Source: an uncultured Acidobacteriota bacterium (lineage in GTDB: Bacteria; Acidobacteriota; Terriglobia; Acidiferrales; UBA7541). From it: a DNA stretch of 64,000 bases. The DNA is taken from NCBI GenBank assembly GCA_963810355.1, contig CAWENU010000032.1:15641-79640 (forward strand). The letters run 5' to 3'. This document shows positions 18,968-29,244 of this stretch, piece by piece. Numbering within the stretch: the first letter of the stretch is position 1; each line of letters starts with the position of its first letter. Position numbers and translations under genes: made by a program. The notes below the pieces were generated by a model. The model ran no database searches and was not told where the DNA came from. It was given only the letters and a program-made list of their open reading frames with translations.

Positions 18968-20416
18968 TCATTTCAGGCCCAGATCCGTCAGGATTTTTGG
19001 ATTTTCTTCATCCACCGCCAGCAGGTTGTGGCAGGTGGAGCAGTCGTTGGGGATGGTCTGGCCATCCGCGCTGGTATGGCTCCCGTCATGGCAGCGAAAG
19101 CACCCGGGAGAATCGTTGTGTCCAAGATTGTTTGCGTGGACGCCCCAGGTCACGTTCATGTCCGGAAAGATGTTGCGCAAGTAAATGTCCGAGACACTTT
19201 CCGCGGATTGCTGGACCAGGGCGCGCCGCGAATTATAAACGTCCGCGTAGTTCGAGCGATAAAATTTGATCAGCGCGTCGGTAATCTGGGTCTTGGCGGC
19301 GTCACGGCCGGCATACTGCACCTTCAATACCTCGACTGCCTTCTTTCGGATGAAGGGCAGCTCCGGACTGATGTGCCCCGAGGCCATGCGCTCGTTCACG
19401 GCAGCTTCTGGAAGCTCGAAGGCGTGCGTAGGCCGATTGTGGCAATCCACGCAATCCATCACGCGGTGTTCGCCGGCGCTAAGCTGCTGCTGCGTGGCTT
19501 TGATATCGGTGGAGACGAATTCGACGGTCTTGCCCTGAGGATCGGTGTAGGAAACAACCGGGATCACTTGCCGCTGGTCGTCAATCGAGGTGTAGCGAAT
19601 CTGCGAACCATCGGCAAGATGACGCCCGTGAATCCCGACGGAGCCCTGCCAGGTGCGCCCGCCGATTTTCATTACCACCGCGGTGGTTAAAGGAGTATTT
19701 TTCTCGTCGTCCTTGTAGCTCGTCGTGACCAGAAACTTGTCGCCGGTAAACCGCTGGGGCCAGTGGCAATGCTCGCAGGTTTCACGCGCGGGACGCAGGA
19801 ATTTGACCGGAGCATGAATGGGTCGCGAGTAGGTATGAAAGGTAACGGCAAATACCTGGCGCACGCCGGACAGCTTCGAGCGCACAAACCATCCGGCACC
19901 CGGGCCGATATGACACTCCACACAGCCGACGTGCGAGTGCGGCGAACCCTGGTAAGCGGTAAATTCCGGCTCCATCACGGTGTGGCAGGTCTGCCCGCAA
20001 AACTGCGTGCTATCCATGTAGGCCACGCCTTGATACGAAGCAAACCCGAAGATCATGACATTCACGAACGTGGCGACTCCGACGGCGATCAATCCGTGCC
20101 GGATGATCGGCATTCGCAGATCAATTTCGGGATAAACCTCGCGCAGTTCGCCTGCTTTGCGTAGTGCCAGCCGCCGAAACGCGATGCCGATGGGCATCAG
20201 CACCAACCCCAGCAAGAAAATTCCCGGCAAGACCAGGAAAATCAGAATGCCGATATACGGATGGGATGGTCCCGGCAGGAGGAAATCGTAAAGCCAAAAG
20301 GCGATGAGCGTGAGGGCGCTGCTGGTGGTGAGGACGGCGCCGGTCAACGTCGTGAAATTTTGCCCGAAGAAGTAAAGAAAGCGCGTCTTTGAGGTGATGG
20401 TCTCGCGAAGTGTCAT
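18968..20416 (-). CDS. NapC/NirT-family membrane-anchored multiheme cytochrome c
   Basis: Three N-terminal TM helices; FCGQTCH plus five CxxCH; SKLSG.RQ motif. Confidence 0.88.
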   Translation of the reverse strand: MTLRETITSKTRFLYFFGQNFTTLTGAVLTTSSALTLIAFWLYDFLLPGPSHPYIGILIFLVLPGIFLLGLVLMPIGIAFRRLALRKAGELREVYPEIDLRMPIIRHGLIAVGVATFVNVMIFGFASYQGVAYMDSTQFCGQTCHTVMEPEFTAYQGSPHSHVGCVECHIGPGAGWFVRSKLSGVRQVFAVTFHTYSRPIHAPVKFLRPARETCEHCHWPQRFTGDKFLVTTSYKDDEKNTPLTTAVVMKIGGRTWQGSVGIHGRHLADGSQIRYTSIDDQRQVIPVVSYTDPQGKTVEFVSTDIKATQQQLSAGEHRVMDCVDCHNRPTHAFELPEAAVNERMASGHISPELPFIRKKAVEVLKVQYAGRDAAKTQITDALIKFYRSNYADVYNSRRALVQQSAESVSDIYLRNIFPDMNVTWGVHANNLGHNDSPGCFRCHDGSHTSADGQTIPNDCSTCHNLLAVDEENPKILTDLGLK

Positions 20417-20455
20417 TAATCCTCGGAGCGCCCCAGCGCTGATTCTGGAAGGATT

Positions 20456-20587
20456 TTACTCGCTGCTCAGCACCCGGCGGATGTGCGCGACTAGATCCTT
20501 TACGTGCTCCGGCGTCAGCGTTTTGAAAGCGGGCAATTTGCCCTTGCCGCCGAAAATGCTGGCGCTGAGGTCGGCATCCGTTTGTTT
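20456..20587 (-). pseudogene. C-terminal remnant of a class I (c6-like) cytochrome c
   Basis: In frame after the porin TAG: KQTDADLSASIFGGKGKLPAFKTLTPEHVKDLVAHIRRVLSSE*; no CxxCH, no start codon. Confidence 0.7.
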
Positions 20588-23026
20588 CTAGAACGCATAT
20601 CGCAGCGAAAGCGTCACCAGGTTGGCGCGGAAGTTTCGTGGCGCGAAAATATCCTGGACGACGTTGCTTTCGTCTTCGTGGTAGCCGTAATAGCCCCAAT
20701 AGACCCTGCCGGTTAAACCCTTCATGACGCGATAGTCAAGCCCACCAAAAGGCTGATAGTAGGCCGAGTCGAGCGGGCCGGACGGTGCGTTCGGCGAAAT
20801 GATCAGCACCGAGCCCGACGTCCCCGTCAGGTTCGCGCCCACTCGCGCGGTCAGGCGGCGAAAGGGCGTCCAGGAGGCGTCGAAATATCCGAAATTGGAT
20901 TTGTTCGTGTAGACCGAAAGTTGCTGGAGCAGGCCAGGTAGCCCGGCGCACCCGACGGTGTTGGGGCCGGCGGGCACTGCGCTGCTCGTGAAGCAGACCA
21001 GGATTTGAGAAAAGACATCGTTATAGTCGTATCCTAACTCGAGACTGACTTTTTCATTCGGCTGAAAGCCGGCGGAAAATGCATAGACCCGATTGTGCTG
21101 GAGATTGTTCACCTCGAACACGTTGTTCCGGCCTTCCCAGATGGTGATCGAGCCGCCCAAGTTCAGCCATTCCACCGGTTTGTAGGTTGTGCGCAGGCGG
21201 TATTCCTGAGTCTGGCGCGGGCTAATGCGCGTGTACGAGTTGTCGGCACTCATCAATTCGGTGTCGAAGCTGACTTTCAGATGGTTCACCGGCCGCGCCC
21301 AAATGCCGAACAGCCCCGAGTATTCGTTGATCAGCGTCTCGCTCGGACTAGCGGTTGGACCCGGCGTTGCAAACGCGAAAACGCCGCCGCCGAGCGCGGT
21401 GCAACCATCCGGGAGTGCCCCAGCCGCGAGAGCACAATCGCCTCGGTTTGCGTTGCTTGGGAAAAATATCTCGTTGATGGTCTCGAAATCGTTGTCATCG
21501 ATGGAGCGATGGCGGTAGCGGAAACCGCCTCGCACGCCCAGCTTGGATGAAAATTGGTATTCGAGTTCCGCCAGATTGGTTTTCTCATCTTGTTTCAGGA
21601 AGCGGCTCGACACTGCAAAGGACATATCGGCTGCGGACGAGGAGTTGTGCACCGGCGTTCCGGCAAGGCTGTTTGCGGGAGGGGTACACGCGATCGTCAG
21701 GGGGAGCCCGGTGGGAACGGCAAAGGCGTGTGGAGCGGCCAACAGGCTAGGAGAGAAATACGAACAGCTCGAATTGTCAAATTCGGCGGGGTTATGCCAA
21801 TTGGCAAAATGGAACGAGTCCACGAAGCTTAGCTTTTCAGTAATGTGCCAGGTCGCGCCAAAGTCCGCATCGGCCGCCACATGGCGCCCGAAGACGGGTC
21901 CGCTGTTGGTCTGATTGTATAGGTCGGTGCGCGCTTCGCGGCCAGTCAGAGTCTCCATCCAGTCATGTACCTTCATGTCTCCGGCGGTGTAGCTGACCTT
22001 CGCCGACAAGTCCCAGCTTTTGAAGTAATTGGACTGCATGGTCAGCTGTTCGGTCGGGGAGTTGGTTCGCGTACGTCCATGCCGCAGATAGTTGATGTAC
22101 GCGCTGCAGGTGGGATTCACCACTCCGCCGGCAAGAAATGTGCCGCCGCAAGGTTGGCTAGCGGTGGAGTTGAACGATACGCCCAGGTCCACAGGTGTTC
22201 CATTGGCGAGGAGAAAGTTCTGATTGTTGTCGAGCTGCCCGGTATCTCCTTTGTAGTAGCTCAGGATCTCGTCGAAGCTGATGTTGGTTCGCGGCAGCAA
22301 CTTGAAATCGACGCCGATGCGGTAGGCGTTGACGGTGTCCTTGTTGTCCTGCAAGAGCAACTGCTCCGTGCCCTGATGGATCGTGGTGAAGGACGGTGCT
22401 TCGTTGACGTTCCGCGAGTATCCCAAACGGAAGCGAATTCGAGACTGCGGCAATAACAGCAGGTTGTAATCGCCCATTTTGCGTCGGGTATTGTACAGGT
22501 GCGGCGAATTGCCAAGCACGCAACTGGTGCACAGAGGTGGGCCGTATCCCGCGGGTCCGTTCGCAAACGGCGCCGTGGGATTCAGAGGATTGGCCAGCAG
22601 CGAATAGTTCCAGGTGTTCTCGTCGCGCCGGAACAACGCGTCGAAGTCGTACCACTGGTTCTTGCTGATGCGCAGACGCGAAACGTTGTTGGGATCGCCG
22701 CCGTAGCCGAAATTGTCGAAGTACAAGCGGTCAAACGGCGCACCGTGGTGATTCAGCGAGTTCATCTCGGTTGTAAATCCCAGCAATCGCGCGCCCTCTT
22801 GGAGATTTACGAACGTGTCGTACGTTGGCACATCCCCGCCGATGCTGGTGAATCGGCCGCCGAATTCAATCGACTGCTTGATGTTGTAGTTGCCCTGGTC
22901 GATGCCTTTTTGTTCGTCTTCCTGGGCCCTGGCCAGCGATCCAGATAAGAGCATCACCGCGAGAAAACACGCCGTAGTGATGGAAGGAAGCAGGATTCTC
23001 ATTCGTGCGTTTTTCAGGTCTCGCAT
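20588..23026 (-). CDS. MtrB/PioB-like outer-membrane beta-barrel
   Basis: GAAGGAGG RBS, signal peptide, about 810 aa of amphipathic strands, C-terminal LSLRYAF; directly follows the decaheme gene. Confidence 0.82.
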   Translation of the reverse strand: MRDLKNARMRILLPSITTACFLAVMLLSGSLARAQEDEQKGIDQGNYNIKQSIEFGGRFTSIGGDVPTYDTFVNLQEGARLLGFTTEMNSLNHHGAPFDRLYFDNFGYGGDPNNVSRLRISKNQWYDFDALFRRDENTWNYSLLANPLNPTAPFANGPAGYGPPLCTSCVLGNSPHLYNTRRKMGDYNLLLLPQSRIRFRLGYSRNVNEAPSFTTIHQGTEQLLLQDNKDTVNAYRIGVDFKLLPRTNISFDEILSYYKGDTGQLDNNQNFLLANGTPVDLGVSFNSTASQPCGGTFLAGGVVNPTCSAYINYLRHGRTRTNSPTEQLTMQSNYFKSWDLSAKVSYTAGDMKVHDWMETLTGREARTDLYNQTNSGPVFGRHVAADADFGATWHITEKLSFVDSFHFANWHNPAEFDNSSCSYFSPSLLAAPHAFAVPTGLPLTIACTPPANSLAGTPVHNSSSAADMSFAVSSRFLKQDEKTNLAELEYQFSSKLGVRGGFRYRHRSIDDNDFETINEIFFPSNANRGDCALAAGALPDGCTALGGGVFAFATPGPTASPSETLINEYSGLFGIWARPVNHLKVSFDTELMSADNSYTRISPRQTQEYRLRTTYKPVEWLNLGGSITIWEGRNNVFEVNNLQHNRVYAFSAGFQPNEKVSLELGYDYNDVFSQILVCFTSSAVPAGPNTVGCAGLPGLLQQLSVYTNKSNFGYFDASWTPFRRLTARVGANLTGTSGSVLIISPNAPSGPLDSAYYQPFGGLDYRVMKGLTGRVYWGYYGYHEDESNVVQDIFAPRNFRANLVTLSLRYAF

Positions 23027-23037
23027 CGCGCCTCCTT

Positions 23038-24045
23038 CTACTTGAAGAAAAACTGGTTGAAGTTGGATCCGTGGATGGCCACGTGGCACAGCGTGCAGGA
23101 CTGATACTTTTGCGCCTGGTTATGGAACGTCGGGGTGGATGGCGCGCCCGAATCGACGTTGAAGGAATGGCATTCCAGACACAACAGGTTGATCTGACTG
23201 CGCTTGAGCAGCCGCGGATTCGAGGAACCATGGGGCGTGTGGCAGGAGGCGCAGCCCTCGATCTTCACTGCCGGGTGTTCGTACACAAATGGCCCGGCCT
23301 TCTCGGTGTGGCATTTGAAGCAAACCGCATCCTGTGAGGCGGTAGCGCGCAGCTGGCGGCTGAGGAAGCCGCCATGAGGGTTATGGCAGTCGCTGCACTG
23401 CACCAGCCCTTCGTTCACACGATGATGAAACGTGCGATTGAATTGCTGCTTGGTCTCCAGGTGGCAGCCGTAGCAGAGTAGCGGCTGCTTCTCCTTCATC
23501 AAAAACTGGGCTTCCTTGGCGTGATGCGGATCGTGGCAATCCGTGCAACCCACGTTGTTTTGCAGGTGCGCGGACCGGCCGAAGTTGGCGTGCTCCTCGC
23601 CATACTGGTGGCAGTCCAGGCATCTCGCGCTGATCTCCTGCGCCGAGGCGTTCTTGAACGTGAAGATCTTGGTCTTGTCTCCGCCGCCGTCAACGTGCGC
23701 TTTGCCCGGGCCATGGCAGGCTTCGCATCCGTGCCACTCCGGACCCTTCTTGGTGTCCAGTGTGGTGGCGTAATGAGGCGACGACTCGTAGTTCTTGAAA
23801 AAATCCTTGGTGGGCATATCTTCGTGGCACGTTTTGCAGGTCTCGGAGCCCACGTAGAGGGAAGGGTCGGTAGGGCGCTCGTATTTCACGCCTTGGTTGG
23901 CCTGGTTCTTACCTGCCTTCGGGGAGTCGGGCCTGGCTGCGGGTGGATGAGCCCTGGACAGGACGATACCGGAGGGCAGCAGCAATAGTCCCGCCAGAAT
24001 CGAGGTCATAATGAGGGATAATCTGTAGGTGGCCGACCGAGGCAT
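23038..24045 (-). CDS. Decaheme c-type cytochrome, DmsE/MtrA family
   Basis: Signal peptide, YVGSETCKTCH, exactly 10 CxxCH, GPFVYEH, HGSN end. Confidence 0.93.
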   Translation of the reverse strand: MPRSATYRLSLIMTSILAGLLLLPSGIVLSRAHPPAARPDSPKAGKNQANQGVKYERPTDPSLYVGSETCKTCHEDMPTKDFFKNYESSPHYATTLDTKKGPEWHGCEACHGPGKAHVDGGGDKTKIFTFKNASAQEISARCLDCHQYGEEHANFGRSAHLQNNVGCTDCHDPHHAKEAQFLMKEKQPLLCYGCHLETKQQFNRTFHHRVNEGLVQCSDCHNPHGGFLSRQLRATASQDAVCFKCHTEKAGPFVYEHPAVKIEGCASCHTPHGSSNPRLLKRSQINLLCLECHSFNVDSGAPSTPTFHNQAQKYQSCTLCHVAIHGSNFNQFFFK

Positions 24046-24160
24046 TCAGCCCCCTTCTCCGATTTATGCTTCACGCCAATCGGAATGCGAGTGTGCGCTA
24101 CCGTACTCTACCAAGCGCCAAAATACTACAACTATTTCTCACACAGGAACATTACGCGTA

Positions 24161-24176
24161 TGTGACGAGCATCACA
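24161..24176. promoter_or_regulatory. CRP-family binding site upstream of the cytochrome operon
   Basis: TGTGA-CGAGCA-TCACA perfect consensus; extended -10 TGG-TAGAGT on minus at 24105-24113. Confidence 0.7.
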
Positions 24177-24486
24177 GCGATGATCCCTTTTGCTCAAGGC
24201 ACCAGCTCGCATCCGCCAAGGTGCAATCTGGTTCTCCATTGATCCTTTACCGGCTCAAGGCGCGGAGCAGAAACGGGGATCGTCCGGCGGAAAGTAGTGG
24301 AAGTCTGCCGCCGCAGCAACTGTCGATGTTGACAGTCACTGCGTATACGGTGGCCGACAGGGGCGACCCGCCAATAGTCACCTGAAATCGCGGGCCAGCC
24401 GAGACAGTCGAGAATGTCCTAATGAAATCTGATACTTACGCGGGAGCTAACAGGGGCGGGGAACCGGTGCGTTGGATCTGGCAGAC

Positions 24487-25666
24487 CTATTTCGCGGCTA
24501 CATTGTAAGGCGTGAATTGCTCCCATTCAATCGGCGTGAAGGTGTTTCTTTGCAAGGTCTCCAGCAATTCCTTGTAAATGCCTTCGCCATTCGAGCTGTT
24601 GGTCATGATCACAATCCCCATCTTCTTCTCGTCACACCGTGTAATTTCTCCAGCCGTCGTCATGACCTTCCTTGAAGAAAGCCTTTCCATAAGGCGTCCA
24701 ATACAAACCCCAGCCCAACCCATAACTTAACTGAATGGCGTCGTTCTGGCTCGTCGTCTCTGTTGCCAGAGTGGGGAATCCATGCAGCGAGGAAATTCGC
24801 ACCTGCGGGCTCAGCATCAACTCTCGGGTCTCGCGCCGCAATCCGGTTCCATTCAGTACTGCTTGCATAAATTTCGCAAAATCGTTCACCGTCGTCAGCA
24901 TCGACCCTGCGGCACCCGCTTTCGTGCGCCTTTGCGAGCCGAGCGATTTACGCTGCTTGTCATACCCGTTCGCGTAATTTTCGTCGAAGCGGGGTTCCCA
25001 AACCATGCTGGTGCGGCTCATCCCCAATGGTCTGAACACGCGATCATCCATCAACTCCTTTAGACCTCGCTTCGTCACGCTCTCCACCACCAATTGCAGC
25101 AGAGCAATGCCTTCGCCGGAATACGCGAACCGCGAACCCGGCTCGAAATAAATCCGCAGGCTCTTCTCGTCGGTAAACCATCGCCAATTCGGCAGGCCGC
25201 TGGTATGACTGAGCAGCATGCGCGCGGTGATTTTTTTGTACCGCGCGTCTCCCGCCAGATCCTTGTAGTTATCGTACTCCGGCAGCGGTTTCGGCAAGTA
25301 CTGATACACGGGCTTGTCGAGGTTCAGGGAACCGTCCTCCACCAGCTGCATCACCAGATACGCAAACGCCACCTTGGTGAACGACGCCGCACTCATCACC
25401 GAATCGGTCGTCAGCGGCAAATCCTTCTCTTTGTCGCGAATGCCGTACGCTTTCCGATACACGATCGTGCCGTCCGTCAAAATCGCGAGCCCCAAGCCGG
25501 TGACTCTCCCCGCGGTCATCAATCGGGGGACCGTGGCATCGATTCTGGCCGGCGTGATCGTGGTGTCATCCAGCCTTCGCACGCTGGCAGTTGTCGACGC
25601 GCGGTTCGCTGAAGCGACTGCTGCGCGCAGAGTCACGATTTCGGCGAAAACAACGGCGACAATCAC
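24487..25666 (-). pseudogene. Beta-lactamase class C-like serine hydrolase, frameshifted near the 3' end
   Basis: SFTK, LLSHTSGL, YSGEG; after RNYTV the DEKKMGIVIMTNS continuation is out of frame (about 24635). Confidence 0.8.
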
Positions 25667-25941
25667 GCCCGGACGGCTGCGAGAGGAGGCGCATTTTTGT
25701 TCATATTTATAAGTTCTAATGAAAACTACGTTCGCACTACAGACGCTCGCATGCCCGGATAGTTACAACCTACCTACAGTTCCACCTTGGAACAGCGCTA
25801 AAACGCCGGAACCAACTCGCAACGGAGGCTCCTGTCCTGCTAATTTCCCACGGCACGACGTCCAGTTAACCAGAAAGCGCTGTCCTGCGGGTCAGACGTT
25901 CATAACAAAGCACATATTTTCGTACCAGACCTGCTAGGCTA

Positions 25942-25970
25942 TTGCCTGTATATTAGGTTGCGCCTACAAT
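25942..25970 (+). promoter_or_regulatory. Sigma70-like promoter giving a ~255-nt leader to the PBP gene
   Basis: TTGCCT-N17-TACAAT. Confidence 0.55.
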
Positions 25971-26229
25971 TTGGTTCACCTGAGAGCTTGGTTGTTTCGC
26001 TTAGGTACAGCCGCAGGCGCTGGTATTCCGTTAACTCGCGTGGAATGAGTGGTTTAATGCTTGGCCCCTGGAATGCAAAGTAGTGCGATGTAGGAACGAT
26101 GCAAGAGCCTGATCCTCGGGGGAACCTGGTACGAGGGAACTGACATCTAAGAGGTTGACCTAAGGCATTTCTTAGGGTAAAAACAACGCCTCCTTAAATG
26201 ATCGGCGATCGGGTTACAGCAGCATTGAG

Positions 26230-27336
26230 GTGCCGACGTTGAAGCAATTTGGAAGAGTGATCCTGGCCGCAGTAGTCGCCACGTCGGTGGCAATGCCGAT
26301 GCCCGCTGCTCCAGCGGCGGGAAATCCCGCGCTGCACAAGAGTGTCTCGCATTTTCGCGGCGTTCCTACCTTTGCCAATTCGACGCTCGCTGACATTGGG
26401 ACCTTTGATGATCCCATCGTCCGCGAAGCTGCTGTCGAAGGGTTAGGCCGCTTTAACGGCGCGGTAGTGGCCGTCGATCCCAACACCGGCCGCATCCTCA
26501 CCATCGTGAACCAAAAGATCGCTTTCGGCGACGGCTACATTCCTTGCTCTACGATCAAGCCGACCGTCGCGCTCGCGGCCCTCGAAGAAAATGTCATTAC
26601 TCGGGACACCATGCTCCGCGTGCACGGCCGCAAGTACATGAACCTGACCGAAGCGCTCGCGCATTCCAATAACGAATTTTTCGAGCAGCTCGGCGTGCGT
26701 ATGGGGTTTGACACCGTATCGAAGTACGCCCGCCTTCTGGGCTTGGGCGAACTGGCCGGGTATAACTTGCCGGAAGAGCATCCGGGTTCGTTCCCGATGG
26801 CGCCGCCGGTGCATGGCGGAGTCGCGCGCATGTCCAGCTTCGGCGAAGGAATTCAGATCACGCCGCTGCAGTTGGTTTCGCTGGCCGCCGCGTTTGCCAA
26901 TGGCGGCACGCTCTACTACCTGCAGTATCCGCGCACTCCCGACGAGATCCAGGGTTTTGCTCCGCGCGTGAAGCGCGATTTGAATATCGCCTCGGTGCTT
27001 CCGGAGATTCGCGAAGGCATGCTCGCCGCCGTCCTTTACGGCACCGCGAAGCGCAGCTTTGACAGCGGTGGAGACGAAACCCCGCTCGGCAAGACCGGTA
27101 CGTGCAACGACCCAACGTCGAAAGTAGGGTGGTTCGTCACCTACGCCGACGAAGCGCACCCGAAAATCGCGCTCGCCGTTCTTCTCCGCGGCAGCTCACG
27201 CCAGGTGATTGGGCCGACCGCGGCGCAAGTCGCCGGCCGCATCTACCGCCGGCTCCGCGAACAAAATTACTTTGCAACCTCGACGGCTCCGAGCGACACC
27301 GTAAAACCAGTCACCGTAGTCAACTCCGGTAACTAA
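26230..27336 (+). CDS. Penicillin-binding transpeptidase domain protein
   Basis: Signal peptide, STIK (SxxK), SNN (SxN), KTG. Confidence 0.88.
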   Translation: MPTLKQFGRVILAAVVATSVAMPMPAAPAAGNPALHKSVSHFRGVPTFANSTLADIGTFDDPIVREAAVEGLGRFNGAVVAVDPNTGRILTIVNQKIAFGDGYIPCSTIKPTVALAALEENVITRDTMLRVHGRKYMNLTEALAHSNNEFFEQLGVRMGFDTVSKYARLLGLGELAGYNLPEEHPGSFPMAPPVHGGVARMSSFGEGIQITPLQLVSLAAAFANGGTLYYLQYPRTPDEIQGFAPRVKRDLNIASVLPEIREGMLAAVLYGTAKRSFDSGGDETPLGKTGTCNDPTSKVGWFVTYADEAHPKIALAVLLRGSSRQVIGPTAAQVAGRIYRRLREQNYFATSTAPSDTVKPVTVVNSGN

Positions 27337-27342
27337 TCTTAA

Positions 27343-27366
27343 GTAGCACAGACACTCCTGTCTGTG
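27343..27366 (+). repeat. GTAG-type REP-like hairpin
   Basis: GTAG-CACAGACA-CTCC-TGTCTGTG. Confidence 0.6.
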
Positions 27367-27798
27367 TTCGCGTAATCATCGGCACGGCGTACCGAAAAAA
27401 GCCAGATCGCCCGGGTCGAGCCCAAGCACAAAAAGCGGGAGCGCGTTAAATCGAAAACCGGCGAGCCCCATCCCGCTTTCTCTTCTAAGTGACCTCTCTT
27501 CTCCGCGACCTCTGTGCTAATTCTTGCTCTGGTTTTTCGACCGCCCATCGCGCAACCGCCTTGAGCGCGGCCGAGACCGTAGCCGTCCCGTAACCTTCTC
27601 GTGCTTCTCAGCGATTCCCGGCGCCCTCAGCGTCTCTGAGTTATCGGTTTCAAAGTGATGCCACATCGTCGGGAAATTTTCACCGCAATAGCGGGTCGGC
27701 CCAAAAAGACTGTTGTAGAATCTAGACCGCAGACATGAACATTATTTCGTCTTAGACGTCTAAATGGAGCGGCTTTGGGTGAGTGTCCTGGGGGAAGC

Positions 27799-29118
27799 GT
27801 GAATCGGCGTTCGATCATCATTCTTGCGTCGGTATTAGCGGCAACTGCGGCGATTGCCGCCGAGGTTGTTCATAGGCGGTCGGTGGATGCTGCCGTGCAG
27901 CACGAGGAAGAGTTGCTGCGCGCCGAAGCTGCGCATGAGCAACAAGTGCAACAACCGCAAGACCCGCCACCCACGGAATCCAAAGTGGGGCGCAGTGAGA
28001 ATTTTGCGGCAGCGCTTCAGCACGCTGGATTGAGCGGGGAAGAGGCAGCAAACGCAACCGCGGCGGCCCAGCGCGTTTTTAACCTCCGGCAAGTACGGGC
28101 GGGGAATTCCATCACCGTAAATCGTTCCGCCGCGGGCGAACTGCGTGAGATCGATTACCGCATCGACTCCGACCGCATGCTGCAGATCGTGCCTGACGAT
28201 GACAATGCCTTCGTCGCCGAAGTGAAGGCGATCCCGTCCAGGACCGAAGTCGCCGCGGTGGGCGGGCAAATCAACGACTCATTGTTCAGGGCGGTGGCGC
28301 AGATTGGAGAATCGCCGGAGCTGGCCATGCGGCTCGCGCAGATCTTCGGCTATGACCTGGATTTCTACAACGATCCGCGCAAGGGCGACACCTTCCGGGT
28401 AGTGATCGAGAAAAAGAAATACGCGAATGGCCAGACCGCGTCCTACGGGAAAATTCTCGCCGCCGAATACGACAATGGCGGCAAGAAATATCAGGCGCTG
28501 CTGTTTCACGACGAAACCGGGCATCCCGGCTACTATTCCGCCGATGGGAAGGCTCTGCAGAAGACCTTCCTGCATTCCCCGCTGAAGTTTTCCGCGACCA
28601 TCACTTCGCACTTCAGCAAGTCGCGCTACCATCCGATTCTAAAGCTCTTCCGGCCGCACATGGGCACGGACTTCGGCGCGCCGGTGGGCACCCCGGTGCA
28701 GACCATCGGCAGCGGTCGCGTGGAGTTCGCCGGGCGCAAAGGCGGCGAAGGCAACATGATTCAGATTGCGCATTCCGATGGATACCAAACCATGTACCTG
28801 CATTTGTCGCGCATGTTTGTGCATCAAGGCGAGCGTGTTGAAATCGGCAAAACGATAGGGCTGGTCGGAAGCACCGGGCTTTCCACCGGACCGCATCTCG
28901 ATTTCCGGATATTGCAGCGCGGGCAGTACAAGAATTTCGAGAAGTTGGGTTTACCGCCATCCGATCCGGTCGCCAGGAAATATTGGCCTGAGTTCGTGCT
29001 GGTCCGGCAACAGTGGTTGCCACTGTTGGAAGGGCGCGAAGTCGCCCAGACGAATGGTGCGGCTCCCGCCACCTCCGCGTCCACAACGGCCGCTCCCGCT
29101 TCTTCGGGCTCTCGCTAG
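27799..29118 (+). CDS. M23 family peptidoglycan DD-endopeptidase (MepM-like)
   Basis: HMGTD, YLHLS, STGPHLDF; N-terminal membrane anchor. Confidence 0.92.
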   Translation: MNRRSIIILASVLAATAAIAAEVVHRRSVDAAVQHEEELLRAEAAHEQQVQQPQDPPPTESKVGRSENFAAALQHAGLSGEEAANATAAAQRVFNLRQVRAGNSITVNRSAAGELREIDYRIDSDRMLQIVPDDDNAFVAEVKAIPSRTEVAAVGGQINDSLFRAVAQIGESPELAMRLAQIFGYDLDFYNDPRKGDTFRVVIEKKKYANGQTASYGKILAAEYDNGGKKYQALLFHDETGHPGYYSADGKALQKTFLHSPLKFSATITSHFSKSRYHPILKLFRPHMGTDFGAPVGTPVQTIGSGRVEFAGRKGGEGNMIQIAHSDGYQTMYLHLSRMFVHQGERVEIGKTIGLVGSTGLSTGPHLDFRILQRGQYKNFEKLGLPPSDPVARKYWPEFVLVRQQWLPLLEGREVAQTNGAAPATSASTTAAPASSGSR

Positions 29119-29244
29119 TTGGGACTTTCCAATCGCATCGATTAGGTATTTGACGCCTGGGCGCTTGGGGCGCAGGGATCCTGCGCCCCTGCAATTGATT
29201 TCGCTCCACGCTTGCGGCGTCGAAGTTCGTCTGATGAGCGCAGG

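Noticed and set aside
20588-20590. Pyrrolysine-type recoding of the porin TAG
   Set aside because: No pyl genes in the window, TAG is used as an ordinary stop throughout, and the barrel needs its terminal Phe.
26100-26200. c-di-AMP (ydaO) riboswitch upstream of cell-wall genes
   Set aside because: Only a GGGGGAACC-like fragment is present; the other conserved segments were not found.
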